Below are positions 25,261 through 38,339 of a DNA stretch of 64,000 nt, one piece after another. The translations under genes were made by a program, and so were the position numbers. The notes beneath the pieces were generated by a model. The model saw only the letters and a list, made by a program, of their open reading frames with translations, did not search any database and was not told where the DNA came from. Source of the stretch: Camelus ferus. Lineage: Eukaryota. Position 1 is the first letter of the stretch; every line of letters begins with the position of its first letter. The stretch spans positions 28,520,001-28,584,000 of the forward strand of contig NC_045716.1 in assembly GCF_009834535.1 (NCBI RefSeq), written 5' to 3'.

Positions 25261-26639
25261 ATTTGCAGTTGCAAAGTTGTTCGCTCTCTCAATACCGGTG
25301 TTTGAGCTCACAAATAAGTCTGTTTAAAAGGAGACAAGAAGTGAGCTCTCGTCCGGGGGATATTCAGCATGGCAGTAGCTGTGCACTGAGACTAAAAAGA
25401 CTGGACTGTGAAAAACAGGACGTGCCAGGTGGCAGCGGGCGGGGCCTTGCGGTCCCCCTGTCCCCTTGAGTTGCGCTGTGTACTGAGGACGCCAGATGGA
25501 TTCAGGCTGATGGTGGGGGCGGGTCTCCTTTAGATTTGGATTCTGCACTTGAGACGAAGAAGATGAGATTTGGTGACAATCGGAAAACTTTGTTGCTTGA
25601 AGCAACACTTAGCCCAGGATTCCCAGAGGGCCTCCTCACCCCAGGACAGAGGGGTCTTAAAGGGGCCTCCCGCAGAAACACACTCCATGACATAAAGCAG
25701 CAAGCTCCTCCGTGTAAATGGTGATTCCAGGCTGAGCTGCAGTGAGTCTAGGACGGGCGGGTGCTGGGAAGGGGGGGCCACTCCCACGCTGGCGTCTGCA
25801 CGTAGGGGTGAGGTTGTCCCCGCCTGTGCTGGCAGTTGGGCGGCCCTGGCTGCTGCCGCTGTCCACAGGCAGCACGTCTTCGAAGCTTTGCGTTCCGTCC
25901 CACTGTAGGAGCCACATCTAGTGTTAAAATGACTGAGCAGTTGCACTTACTTGCCTGTTCTCACCTGCGACTCTCCAATAAAACTGATGCTCCGGGAAGA
26001 TGCGCCACAACGCCAAGGTTCACACCGCACACACCCCACTTCATGAGCCGGCCCAGAGCCTCTGGAACATTCTTTCCACCTTCAGGAACCTGAGTTTCTA
26101 AGCAAAGGTGGTCCCACTGTGGGGTGACCCCTGGCAAGAGGACCTTCCCTGGCTGAGCAGGGGTTCTCCCTCTGCCCCGGGTGTGATGTCTGCTCGCCAC
26201 ACCTCCTCATCGCCTTGAGAGGGCTGGGCAAACCCCCTGGGCTGTGGACTCCTGGGCTGCCCGGGGAGGAGTTGGGACCCCTGCCAGGGCCTTTCAGAGG
26301 CCTCTGCCGGCCCCGCCTGTGAGTCTGTCCTGACGGTGCGTGGTGGGGGGCTGCGGGCTCTACTCCCCTGGGACGGGTCGGGGGCTCTCTGCCGTCAGCA
26401 CCTTCGCCCGGTTGTTCTGACAAAGCACAGGCTTCACTCAGTTCACAAGGTAACGCTAGAAGGAGCGGAGAGAGACCTTTGCTTCACCGGAGGCCTTGCA
26501 CCAAGACGCATAAGTGAAATCCGCACCTTTGCTCCTAAAAAGGTCCCTGTGCTGACCGGACAGGCTGAGTGATTAGGGACCAGTCAAGTGAGTGAGTGAA
26601 GACAGTTTGTAAGGCAGAGATGGAGCGTAAAACCCTGAA

Positions 26640-26860
26640 GCAGTCGAAAAGTGCTGCTAGCTCGTCCCGACGGGAGCTCGCTGGGGGCGAGAGCCGCGTG
26701 GGGGCCCGGCTCCGCCGCTCTCTGTGCGCCTCCGCCCGAGTCCCGAGCCCGTGAGCCCCGGGCACCTCGTCTTGCGGTGGGGCTCACCTCTGCTGGGGGT
26801 GAGCTGGTGGGGGCAGGCCCTCCGCAGCCCCTCTGCTGACGCCGGGAGCCTGGGAGTCGG
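26640..26860. promoter_or_regulatory. Small intragenic CpG cluster (possible alternative promoter or enhancer)
   Basis: About 20 CpGs in the first ~150 bp, with no repeat origin I can recognise. Confidence 0.35.
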
Positions 26861-26955
26861 CGGGGGTGGGGGTGGGCTTCCTCCTGCTCACACGGGTTTA
26901 CTGTTGAGAACCTTGTTTTCTAGGAGCTTCTCCAAATGCCTGTTTTTCTCTCTAG

Positions 26956-26992
26956 AGTCTTGTTTGGTTCGATGGCCGATGCTTAGAACTCA
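26956..26992 (+). other. Candidate 37-nt exon (or 69 nt from the acceptor at 26923, or the 3' end of an alternative first exon)
   Basis: Acceptor cctgtttttctctctAG (26954-55) and donor TCA|GTAAGT (26993-98), followed by AT-rich non-repetitive sequence. Confidence 0.3.
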
Positions 26993-29386
26993 GTAAGTGA
27001 TAAATAAATTCTTTTTCAATTGAAGTGTTTGCTTCACCAGCTATTGAAGTTTCTCCAAGGAAATCCTTAAGTTCTTTGGTGTTCGGTTTGAAAGAGTTAC
27101 CAGCTGGTGACTGAATTCTTGCAATCAAACCCCGTCCTGCTACAAGAGGACATTTTAGTAGCTTTCTCTTTAGTAAAAGATGCCAGTCTGTCTGAATTAA
27201 AACGACCGTTACACGCGCGTGGGTCAGGGGTCTTTTGCTGTAGAACTCGCCGCCCTCCTGTCTTTGCCGAGCAGTGACCCAGACACCAAACTGCACGGAC
27301 AGCACTGAACGCTCTGGGAGAGGGAGCTGCATCTGTCCACACCCCCAGAGTGGGGGGTCAGGGGTTGCTTTGGGTCAGGAGGGGAGGTGGCGGGAAGGCC
27401 CGGGGCACAGTAGGCTGGGGTGTCGTCTGGCAAAACTGCACACACACGTAACACGGATGGCCCTGCAATGATGTATTCGTTTCTAAAAATCACCACATGA
27501 AGCAAAGTCACGCAGCAAGAACCGCAGGGCGGATGGGAAGGATGGGGCTCGGGGCACAGGCCTCAAAACTCCATCAGCAACACAAAGATGGGAACCCAAC
27601 ACAAATGGCCCCATTTCCCTGTTCAGCAGGTGAATTCAAAGGCACTGTAGTGACCCTTGCACTTGACCAAGGCCAGAGTGTGCCGGGGGTGCAAGGGTCC
27701 GGCTGGGGTCGGGGGCCATTGTGCCCAACCTGGGGGAGGGGCTCTCAGGCTCAGGGTGCCTGGGGCTGCCGAGGACTTGGGGTGTGTGCGTGTCTGTGCT
27801 CCCTCCTGGCTCCAGTCGGTGGAGCGTCCGCATTCACTGGTGTTTCCATAGGGTGAAATCACCGTGAGAAAACAGGCGATTTGTGTTCTGCTCAGATTGT
27901 TCCCTAATGTACCAGTCATGTTGAGCAAATCCGCGTTCTCCTAACGAGCGTTGCAGCAGGGCCATCCTGTATCACGTCTTTGTAGAGTGAAAGGTTGACG
28001 CGTGTAATCATACCCCACTGACGAAATTAAAAAATGACCACTTTTCTCAGTCAGAGACTGTTGGAAAAAGGAAAAGCAAAACAAAAGACGGCAAAACAAG
28101 ACAAAGACTTGGCACGTTGGTTAAGCTGGCGACCCGTCCAGACCCAGCGAGGCCGCTTGGGGCCCCCGCTCCCCCGCCCTCGGGCGAGGGGCCTTCCCTA
28201 ACCGCCCCTCCCACGTCTCCTAACTCTCTGGCAAGGAAGGAAGTGTGGCTTCATGTCTCCTTGGTTCCGCAGAACACACCAAACACCCCTCCAGCGTGAG
28301 TGTCCTGCAGATGGTGGGGGAATTCAGGTTGGTGAGGCCAGGCGAGGGCTGCGCGGGTTCGGACGTCCCCGGTGGGGCGTGGGAACGCGGAGACGGGAGG
28401 CAGAGCCACCTCCACCGGGCGTCCTGGTGGGCGCTCCCTCCAGGAGGGGCACCCGGGACAGGGGTGCTTCCCTTGGACATGGCCGAGGTCTGGCTTCACC
28501 TCTGTCCCCTCCTGGCTGGTGGCTTGAGATCCACACCAGGGGCAGGCAGGATGGGTGTGTTCCCCCACCTGTCCATCTTCAGGGGAGCTGAGGACAGTGG
28601 CACTGGCCCTCCGCCCCACAGGCCCCGTCAGCGGGAAGGATGCGGCCAGCCCCTCCATCTGCTTTACATCGTGGCCCGGAGTTCCGAGATCTCACCGACA
28701 CTCTCGGCCACATGTTTTGGAAATCGCCTTCTGCAGCGTGGCCTTACTGATGACTTCAGCTGGCTCCCTCTCCCCTGCCGTCCTGTCACGGGACCACGGT
28801 CTGCCTCCAGCTCCAGCTCAGAACTAGGATGCCTGACCCGGGGCCACAGCAGCTGCCCAGCCGAGGGGCTGCAGCTCCCATCTCTCAGTCATGCTTTGCT
28901 GGCCCTCGGCTGAATGGCGTGCTTGGCCCACTGCCTCTGTCACCCCGTCCCCGGTGGCCTGAGTGAATGGCGTGGCCTTTCCCAGAGGAGTGTTCTCTGT
29001 GAAAGCAGTAAACACTCAGCTGCTTCACAAATGTTACTGTTACATCTAGTGTCTCCCTGTGTGTCTGCCCTTCCCGAGTGGATTTGAAGACTTTCAGAAG
29101 CCAGGCCGGCGGTTGGTGGTGGTGATGGTCAGAGAGTGCCTGGAGGACAAGCTGGGGTCCAGGCCCAACTTGGCCACGTGCTGGGGCAGCTGGCCAGGGC
29201 AGCGTGACGTTGGGAAAAGGCTTTGGCTTCGTGGACGTGTGGCTGTGAACTCTGCGTTTACCTGCATCTCAACTCCCCACGAGGAGGTGCAGGTAAACTG
29301 CTGGGCAGAGGTTTGTGGACTTCCAAGGCAGAGGCACGTGTGCACTGGTCTCTTTCCTTGGCGCCTGGCCCAGGAGGCCCCACCCC

Positions 29387-29847
29387 TGTGGCTGGCAGAG
29401 TAACAGCCCCCAAGGACGCCCATCCACGTCCGGACCCCCAGCGAGCTCGTGTGCAGCAGGGTCTTGGCAGCTGTGAGTAAGTGTGTCGTCTTGAGGTGGA
29501 GAGTGCAGGTGGGTCCATGTCCTCCCAGGGTCCTTAAGAGGGCAGGTAGGTCGGAGAGAACAGGAGATATGGTCCCAGGGGCGGGGGGGGCGGTTGAGGA
29601 GGGGAAACGAGGGCGCTGTGCTGCTGCCATGAGGGTGAAGGGCGGAGCCACGAGCCTCTGGAGCTGAGAAGGGCAAGAACACAGACCCCCTACCTGGAGC
29701 TTCCAGGGGAACCCGCCCTGCGACGCCTGGTCTTAGGATAGGGCCTGGGTTCCACTTCCGGTCTCCTGACTTCAGGGAGTCAGTGTGAGGCTTCAAGCCA
29801 CCCAGTTTGTGGTTGTTTGTGGCAGTGGGTACGGGCCCCGGGGACAC
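29387..29847 (+). mobile_element. MLT1D-like MaLR solo LTR
   Basis: tgtggctggcagagtaacagcccccaagga... gcctctggagctgagaagggcaagaacacagaccccctacctggagcttccagggg... ttcaagccacccagtttgtggttgtttgtggcag. Confidence 0.8.
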
Positions 29848-31779
29848 CCCCTTCTGTGCTCCTCTCCTTCTCGGCTGTGAGATGAACCAAAGAGCAGAAT
29901 TGCTGGTGTGTTATCACAGCTCCATGCTGGGGCCGGTGGCCTCAGCTAAGACACACGGATCTGCTGTGTGTCGAGTCGGGTGATGTGTCCGTGACGACTG
30001 GAGTTGGGATCACCTCCAGCGCCACCTAAGGTGTGCCTGGCCAGTGTCACAGAGGCATCAGGACTTGCTGGACCAAAGGATGGCGGATCAGCCCCGGATC
30101 CCACACGCGTGCTCTCCCCGGCTCTGTCTCCGTGTATCAGAGCATTTTTTGGAATCACAAAGCACCCACATCACGTTCCTTGGGATGTTCTCAGTGGTGA
30201 CAAACCCGCATTTCGGATTCCAATTTCAGGACAAAGGGAAAGGCTGGAACAGACGCTCTCTGCGAGTCCTTGACAAGGACCGTCCAGCCGCTGGCCCAAG
30301 TTTCTTGGTGAGTGAGGTTGGAAGGCTGCCCGGCGGCACCGACGACGGAGGATTAAGTGAATTAAGACACGTCAGCAGTTTGGCAGGCACCCGTGCAGCA
30401 GATGCCCCATAGATGGAGACACCGCGGGGCGATGAAGGCTCGGAGAGGAGACGGGTGCGGTGGGCGCTCTGGGGAGAGGGATGCACGTGGGCCCTGCGGT
30501 TGGTTCCAGCCGAGGGTTCCCAGGGCACCTGGTGACTGTGACGTCACAGGAAGGCCACCGCTTTGTGTTCATCCAGCAAACCTTGATGGAGGGCGTCTGG
30601 CCGCCTCTGTGTCGGGTGGGGATGCCTCAGAATTTATTTAGTAAACCCCTAATTGCTGGGTTTAGGTCATTCCATCTTCCTACTACGGACCACGTGGCAA
30701 TGAGCATCCTTATTTATCTATCCTTGTGTAAACGTCTCATTAATGCCTTAGGAGACGTTCCTGGAGGTGGGGTCCTGGATCGGGAGGCAGCCCATTTAAC
30801 ATCTGGACAGGAATCCAAGCTGCTGCCGCAGCTTCTGTTCCACACGCCCTCTGGTCTCTGCTCCCCCATCAGGGCTGACGGCTCCTCTGTTTCTCTGCTG
30901 CTTTGCTGGACTGGCCGTGAGGAGGTGGCCAAGGACCCCCCCGCCCTGTAGGGGTGGAGGGCGGCTGGCGGGTCCGGGGCGTTCTGAGGGCTGGCTGTGG
31001 AGGCCCCTCTGGGCTCCTCGCTGGTGTCCTCGTCTCTCGCTCCTTTGCTCGCAAAGCCTCCTGATCCTGAGCCCAGACCCGGGCACATGCCGCCCGTCCC
31101 ACTCTGCATGGGCTCCCGCTCACCCGGGCGCCGTCTGTCGAGAAGGGTTTGAGGCTGGTCTGACTGTTGTCAGTGGCACCACTGCAGAGTTCACCCGGGT
31201 GGGATGGAGCAGGGAGGGGGCCAGCAGGCCCACCGAGGCCTGTGGTTGGCGGGAGCTCTCCACACGGCGTGATGTCCGCGTGGCTGTAGCCGGGCTCCCT
31301 GGTGTGGCCCACTGATACCTGCCGATCAGGGTGTGCCTGTAACCACGGGGCCCACAGCCACGCAAGCTGTAGGGGAGCTGAGCAGAGGATGGAGCCTCCC
31401 ATGAAGCTCAAGTCCTCAGGGAGCTGTGACACCATGAGAAGTGGGCTGAAAACCTTTGCCCTTGACCTGGGGAAGGGAGGAGGAAGCTCCCTTGCTGTCC
31501 AGGGATTTGAGTGGAGTAGGAAGTTTGCCCTGAAAAATAAGCTCAAAACTTTACCACCTGTGGGTCTGGTGACGGCACTGATACTGTCTGTGTACACAGA
31601 GTCCAGCAGGTAAGACTTCAGGTAAAGCCAAGGCCAGGACCAGGGAGCTGGCCAACACAGGGTCCCCGGACCCTCCCCGCAAAAACAACTTCTGCCCGAG
31701 TTGAGCACGTAGCAAAAAGCCACTTTAGGAAACCAACTCTCATGAGGAATAACTAACCACCCAAGAGTTAGCACTCTGT

Positions 31780-33000
31780 CAGCTAGAAATAATAGAACAA
31801 GATGAAATGGCTTTGTGTACTTAAAGTTATGGAACATAATGGAGGAGTCAGAATGAAAGACCAGAACAGGAGACGTGGATTTGGAAGTAAACTGACTTAA
31901 ATGAAAAATGTACCCTTTAAAATAAAGGAACTCACTGGGTAAGCTGACACTGAAAAATCTGTAACAAAGCCAGTGAGAAAAGTCGCCAATTGGAGGAAGG
32001 ATCTGAGAATACGGAAGAGAGAAATAGGGGTGGAAAAGCGGATGGAACCATTCAGGAAACAGAGGCTAGAGTGGGCAGGCCCTGTGACGGCTCCCGGGAT
32101 TTACAGTGGAGGGGTGGAGGGGTGGCACGTGAGGGAGGCAGTTCGGAGATGTGGGGAAAGTCAGGGGCCGGGCCCCTCATCCTCGAAACACACGCTAAAG
32201 CTGTGCTAATTCAGACGCATGGCGCGGAGGCAGGTAAGTGGATTTAAACACTGAACAGAGTCTAGCAAGTGGCCCTTTAAGTGTGAGTTTAGGAATTTGA
32301 TAACGTTTCAGAGGAAGGCGTCACTCAAAAATGTTTTTAGTGCAATTAATCCACCTTTTGGAAAAAAACAAAGTTGGAGCCCTTCCTCACGTACAGAACA
32401 CACTCTACGCGGGTTAAAGAGCAAAACGTCAGGACAAAGTGTAAAAGCGCTAGAAGAAAAAGACAGCGTTTTCCTAACTGGTGTAGGAGAGAATCTCTAC
32501 CCCTAATTCCAAGTCCATAAAGGACAGGGAAGACACAGTCAGTGCCCTGGAAAGATACACCGTTGTGTAGCAAAGACATGGAAATGGAGGTTACAGACGA
32601 GCGTCAGACCGGGAGGAAGCCCTCACAGCAGTGAAGGAGGCAGTGAGGTGGATGGAGTCATGGTCCCAGAGACCATGGCGGTCCCCTCACATGGCTAAGG
32701 GGACTTTGCCGATGTGATGAGCCCTGCGACACCTCGATTTCAGCCCAGTGAGACCCATTGCAGACGTCTGGCCTCCAGAACTCGGAGAGTATCAACTCGT
32801 ACTTCTTAAGCCACCTGGTTTGTGCTGACTTGTTACAGCGGCGACAGGACCCTCATACGGACGTGTGCATTCCAGTCACGTCTGACGGACAGATACCGAG
32901 GTTCGTGTTCAGACCACGTCTTCTACAGGTAACGTGGAAGAACCCATGGTGGGCGGACCACCCGAACACACAGTTTCCAGGAGAAGAAATACAAGTGGGT
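31780..33000 (+). mobile_element. L1ME-type fragments (ORF1 and ORF2 3'), sense, interrupted by an MLT1
   Basis: aaagttggagcccttcctcacgtacagaacacactctacgcgggttaaagagcaaaacg and cacagtttccaggagaagaaatacaagtgg match L1 ORF2. Confidence 0.65.
32644..32858 (+). mobile_element. MLT1D-like LTR with a large internal deletion
   Basis: LTR 5' part (cacatggctaaggggactttgccgatgtgatga) joined directly to the 3' part (gccctgcgacacctcgatttcagcccagtgagaccc...ttgttacagcggcgacagg). Confidence 0.75.
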
Positions 33001-33554
33001 CTGAGGGCTTCTTCTCAGGAAGCGACAAGAAGTCAGTCGAGAGCCAGAGCCCCCAGCGGAGGGGGGAGTGCAGCTTCCCTGTGGCTGCGGTCGCCCTGGC
33101 CCAGCCTGGCATCACTGTCCCAGCATACGGGTCCACAGCCCGGTCTCCCCCAAGCCAACCCTCACCACTCCCGCCACTCGCAGGGCCCGGCTCCTGGGCT
33201 GTGCTGGGCAAAGCTTGGGAACGGCCAAATTCCAACCCTATGAGGCGTGAGAGAGGCCGAACCATTTGGGCTCACAACCGACTGTTAGCAGCAGCTCCCC
33301 ACTGAGGGGAGCCTGGTTTCCAGGATCCCCCTCCTCCCCTCCCTGCCCCCGGCCCCCGGCCCCACAACCGTGTACGCTGACTCTGTGTCTGTTCCCCCGT
33401 TACTGAAGGAAATATGTCCCAGAATATTTCTCTCTAAACTGGCCTCCCTGGGTCTCCTCGTGACCGAGAGCAGGGTCTGCTGTCCCCGGCGTGGCTTCGG
33501 ATCTTCGCCTCCACTTGAGGTCCTGTGGGCTGGCAGGTGTCAGCCACTCAGGCA

Positions 33555-33571
33555 CCCCCCCCCCCCCCCCC
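33555..33571. repeat. C17 homopolymer (G17 on the minus strand)
   Basis: Direct read. Confidence 0.95.
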
Positions 33572-34130
33572 GTTTAGAGGGTGGGCGACCCTCCCGCTGG
33601 CCTGGTGGGCTGCCTGGAGGTGGGCCCCATGTGGCGGGCGGGGCGGGATGCTCTCCTGGCCCCTGCCTGCTGGGCTCTGGGTTAGTTCTTCAGGCAGGGG
33701 CTCTCGCCCCAAGGGTGTGCAGTTTTGTTCCCTTCCTGGAATATGCTGACGGTCACCACACTGGAACACGTGCCGGGCACAGATGGGCTGGCCTCCTGAG
33801 CGTGTGGCGTGACCTCAGTTGGGAACACACTCATGGTAATCGTCTCCAGGCCTGGGCGGCCTTTGATCAGGAAAATCTCTGTTTATTCTATGATATAAAT
33901 ATGGAAGAAATCCATTTGTTCCAAAGAGGATGCAAATAAATCCCAGCAGATCTGCCTGCCCTGCCGAGCTGCCGAGCTGGGAGGAGAGTGGGTGCTAAGC
34001 TGGCCAGGGAGCTTGAGGCCTCTCCCCACGGTCCGGGTCCCCTGGGCGGTGCTCACGCTGATGGCCCAGGTGTTGTCCCTGAGCTACCAACATGGTCTGG
34101 GTCCTTAAGCAGAGCAAAGACGCTGCTATT

Positions 34131-34150
34131 TGTGTGTGTGTGTGTGTGTG
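34131..34150. repeat. (TG)10 microsatellite
   Basis: Direct read. Confidence 0.95.
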
Positions 34151-34227
34151 TTAGTGTTAGCTGTTTCACTCTCCCCAAGGCCTCCAATAGCATCTGGCCC
34201 TGGGCCTCCCACCCTCCTTGCCTCCCT

Positions 34228-34580
34228 TTTTTCCATCACAAACATTTACCAAGAGCCAGCCACGTACCGGGCGCTGGAGAAACTGCAAAGGGTTTGAAGC
34301 AGAAGCAGGGTGTCTGGGGAAAACAGACGCACAGACAGGCAGTTGCAGCCAGGAGGAGTGAGCTGGCAGAGATGGGGTCGGTGGGAGCAGAGGCGAAGCA
34401 GAGGGGATACAGGGGATGAGAAGGCAAAGCAGAGGGACAGGATGTGGGAGCAGCTCAGCCCAAAGTGTGAAGAACAGAGCGGGGAGGGGAGCTCAGAGGC
34501 AGAGCCAAAACTGGAGGCTCTCGAAGGCTTTAATGGAAAGGAGTCCAGATTTTCTCTGCTGGGCTGTTGGAGGAGTCTGT
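34228..34580 (-). mobile_element. L2 LINE 3' end
   Basis: ttccatcacaaacatttaccaagagccagccacgtaccgggcgctgg, then the purine-rich L2 body ending gagtccagattttctctg. Confidence 0.65.
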
Positions 34581-36654
34581 GGTCAGTCATTTACACTTCA
34601 GTATGAATTTAAGCCGGACGTTGCTTTCTGTAGGTCGATTTTCATTTTACATTTGGTCTCTGATTGTGGAACAAAAACTCTGTGCTCCCAGAAAGGTTTC
34701 CAAACCCCTCGGTTCAGGAGTGGGATTCGGAAGAAGGAGGGCAAGGGGTGACCTGTCTGGACCACAGGGCTCACATTGTGCGTCTGGGCTGGTGCACCTT
34801 CCAGGTGGGGGAGACCAGACAGCTGGGAGCACAGCCCGGGTGCTCTGTGAGGGGGTCCAGGACAGGTCTCGCCCCTGGGGAGCTGCATTGCACTGCCACT
34901 GCAGCCGTGGCTGTTTGTTGAATGGCTTGTGACTAACCTCAACAGTCACGCACTGTGTGGCCACGAGATGCCGTAAGTAGAATAAAATATGAATAAATAT
35001 TTACTTGATATCAACCTCCTCTCTGATGTCCTGTTGTGGGTATCACACGTGAGGAACGCCGGCTGCCTCAGCTCTGAAGAGTGGGCTCTGTCCCTCCAGC
35101 CACCCCGACCGCTTCTCCGTTATGTTGAACACATTGGTTGCCCACGGTCGACAAAGTGCCCCTGAGGAAACACAACAGCCACCCAGACCCGGTGCCGTGG
35201 TGATCAGCGTGCTCAAGTCCTTCCTTGCTGCTTGAGGCACACGTTTCTCCTCGTTTCAAGGACAGATGTGGTAGCAGGTGCAGCACGTGCTGCATGTCAA
35301 GTGCTTGATCCCAAAGACTCCTGGAGATGCGCGTGATCTGCGTTCTCCTTGGCACTCCATGTGGCCCCGCAAAACCCCTTCATTCTGATGAGCCTGCAAA
35401 GCTGAAATGAAACGAGAATCCGACATACAGGGCTTCGCAGCAGTTTTTATGTTATTTTCTGGCCACGTCCCTGAATTTCTGGCCGGAGCCTCTCAGCTCA
35501 GGCATCAGTTAAATGTCGTTGTTGCCTTTTGAGAGATTAAGGGAAAAAAATGTTTAAACCTTAAGTGCCCCGAATCCCAGGAGAAGCAGTGAAGTCCCAT
35601 TTCCGGGGAGCAGCATGATGGTACAGTCGAGCCCACTGGGGTTGAGGAAACAGGACTTGGGCACGTTTCACACACGCACACACAGAACCTGCGTGCACTC
35701 GCTGCTGCCCCTGCTCCCCGCCCCCGGGAGGCTGGTCCCAGACACCCTTCCTCAAAACAGCACGCTGAGATCCTGGCTTCTGGGGCAGCGCCAGCTTCGC
35801 CGTCTGACCCCCGCCGGCCTTGTGCTCGGCCCCTCTGCCTGGGGACGAGGTGTCCTCCAGGGTTTATGCCGCTATGCGGGGGCCCCTGGGAGAGGCCAGG
35901 GCAGCGGCTGGCCCTTCCGCTCCCATCTTACAAATGTCTCAAGGGGCCACAGTTGCTCCTGAGTCCTCACCTCTGCGTCCCGTCCCGCGGGGGGCGGACC
36001 CTCTTCAGCCTCCTCTCCCCAGGGGCCTCCAGTGCCAGGTGGCGGTCACGCGCAAGGTGCTGGAGAGACCAAGGCGGAAGGGCACCCAGTGGGCGTGGGG
36101 CGCTGGGAGTGAGGGTCCTAATGGGCCTTCAGAGCAGGACTCTGGGCCACTGGGGAGCGGCCTGAGGTGCTGGAAAGTTCCCAGCTGGCCACAAACCCAC
36201 ACTGGGAGATTGGAGGCTGAGGGAGGCTGGAGGAGGCCTGTGCTGTCCACCTCCTGCACCCCCGTCATCATTGGGGGAAAAGCTCTCCACCCTCCTTTGG
36301 CCTCTGCCCTAGGCCGGGTAGCTCTCAGCTCCCTGGGGAGCAGGGGTCTCCCTTCATGGCCTTGGCTTGCAGAGGTGATTTCTTCCTAACCCGTCCCCAG
36401 CCTCCCGGACAGGACAAAGGGTGGCTGTCAGATGCCTCTGTGAGTGAGAGGGGCTGGTCCAAGGGCTGCAGTCTCCAGGCAGAGCTGGGAGGACAGTGAG
36501 GGGAGTGGGTTTTCTGGAAGAGCGGGTCAGGAGCCAGAGGGGCCAGGGGGATGAACCACAGTGAGCCACAGTGACAGCTCTGGCTGCTGTTCAGGTGCCA
36601 CTGTGTTGAGAGCATCCCCAGGGACATCCTGAGCTCCGAGAACCGCCCTGTACT

Positions 36655-37008
36655 GGGTGGTCAGATGAATGACAGCCCCAGAAGTGCCCACATCCTGAAC
36701 CTGTGGGGATGTGGCCTCACGTGGCAAAATGGAGGAGAGCACGGGTCTTGGGAGGGGAGCCTCCCCTGGACTCTGGAGTCACCTCATGTAGGAGGGGCGG
36801 GGGGCTCCCACACGCTGGCTGTGTGGCAGAGGACATGGCCCCAAGGAGCTGGACGAGGCAGGAAGGAGACCCTCCCTGGAGCCTCCGGAGGAACCAGCCA
36901 GGCCGGCGTCTCGATGCTGCGACTTCTGGCCTCCAGGACTTTGACAGCCTAGACGGCCGTTGTTCTGAGCACAGTTTGCGGTGGTTTGTGACAGTGGGCC
37001 CACGAAGC
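36655..37008 (+). mobile_element. MLT1C/D-like MaLR LTR
   Basis: gtgcccacatcctgaacctgtggggatgtggcctcacgtggcaaaa ... ctggagcctccggaggaaccagcc ... gacttctggcctccaggact ... gtttgcggtggtttgtgacag. Confidence 0.75.
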
Positions 37009-38004
37009 TTCCACGGAGGAGAAGCACCTCCTGCCCCCTGCCCACTGGGTTTGAAAGCCCTTCATCGCCGGAACCAAAGAGGAGGGGGCCGACCACCTGG
37101 AAGCTGGTGGTCTCCTGGGGCCTCAGGGAAGCAGCCGTCGGACGTGCTCCCACTTTCCCCTCTGGAGGGTCGCTGGGAGGGCAGCTTTCTGGAGCAGAAT
37201 CCGGGGGTGTGCCTGTGATGGGGGCCGGTCCCCACCCCCCTGGACAGGCCCCTTCCCACCCAGGCCCTCCTTCCTGCACGTCCTCTTCCTCTGAGTCTGG
37301 TTTCCATTCTGGCGCCATCACCCCGCTGCAGGGTTGGACCCCAGGGCTTGCTAGCTCCTGGCTGAGCCTGGGATCTCTGGGTGGTGTTCACTCTTCAAGG
37401 GAGGAAGGACATGGTCCTTGGTGAGCTGCCTGCTTGGCCGGCATCCCCAAGGCTGGCTGTGGACCTCGAGGCTAGTGGTGTGTGGCTGACCGCCTCTCAG
37501 CTGTCCGCCCACCACTTCCTCCTCCTGCAGGCAGGGTGCCGGGTGGGCTCACCCCTGGATTGAGGGGGATTCACATTTCACAGCGTGGTAGCAAACTCCC
37601 TGGGGAGGGGCTGGGGCTGGGGCCACTGTGAGTCCCAGCAGTGGGCACTGTGACTTTTGGGGCCCTCTCGCTGGGCTCCAGCTTTGCAGTGGCCGGCTGG
37701 GTGGCCTCCCCGTCAGGTGGGAGGGTGGGGTTTTATAGGTCTCCCGGGACAAACTCCATGCTTCTGTAAATTCTCACGATTCGCAGCTGTTTGGGAGTCA
37801 CCTCTAGATTAACACCTTTTTAGGAAGGTCACTACAGTATGGAGACCTGGGAGTGTAAAAAGTCACAAAGTGCTTAAGAAAATCGTTTTAGAACAGCTTT
37901 CCACCCTGGAATTCAATCAGCGCTTTTAGCTGGGCTTTGGTTGTGAATCAGTGTTTTGAAGGGCGACCCACAACCTCTGGGTGAAGGACAGAGCCGCCTT
38001 CTCC

Positions 38005-38189
38005 GCTGTGTTCATGTTTACGTGGGCACAAAAACCACCTGAGGGGCTTGCTAAAACACAAGGAACTTCTTCCCCTCCACCGCGAGGTGGGTGCAGAGCC
38101 TGGAACGGTGCCCAGGAATCTGCATTGTAAATCGTCCCCCAGACGACTCTGCTGTAGGTGGTCTTCCGACCACACAGCGAAAAGCCCTG
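38005..38189 (+). mobile_element. MER5A-like MITE
   Basis: aaccacctgaggggcttgctaaaacaca ... cccaggaatctgcattgtaa ... gaccacacagcgaaaagccctg. Confidence 0.7.
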
Positions 38190-38339
38190 CCCGGATCCCC
38201 ACGCGAGCGGGGTCACGAGCAGCAGGCTGGGGCCTACGCGGGAGCTCTGGGTTTCCAGGTTTGGAACCCGCAGTACCCGGGAGAGGCCGATGAATGAGGC
38301 TTCAGAGGGAGGACTCTGTCTGGACTCTTGGTTTATTTA

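Noticed and set aside
30869-31837. 322-aa minus-strand ORF
   Set aside because: TTG start, no homology I recognise, no supporting exon structure.
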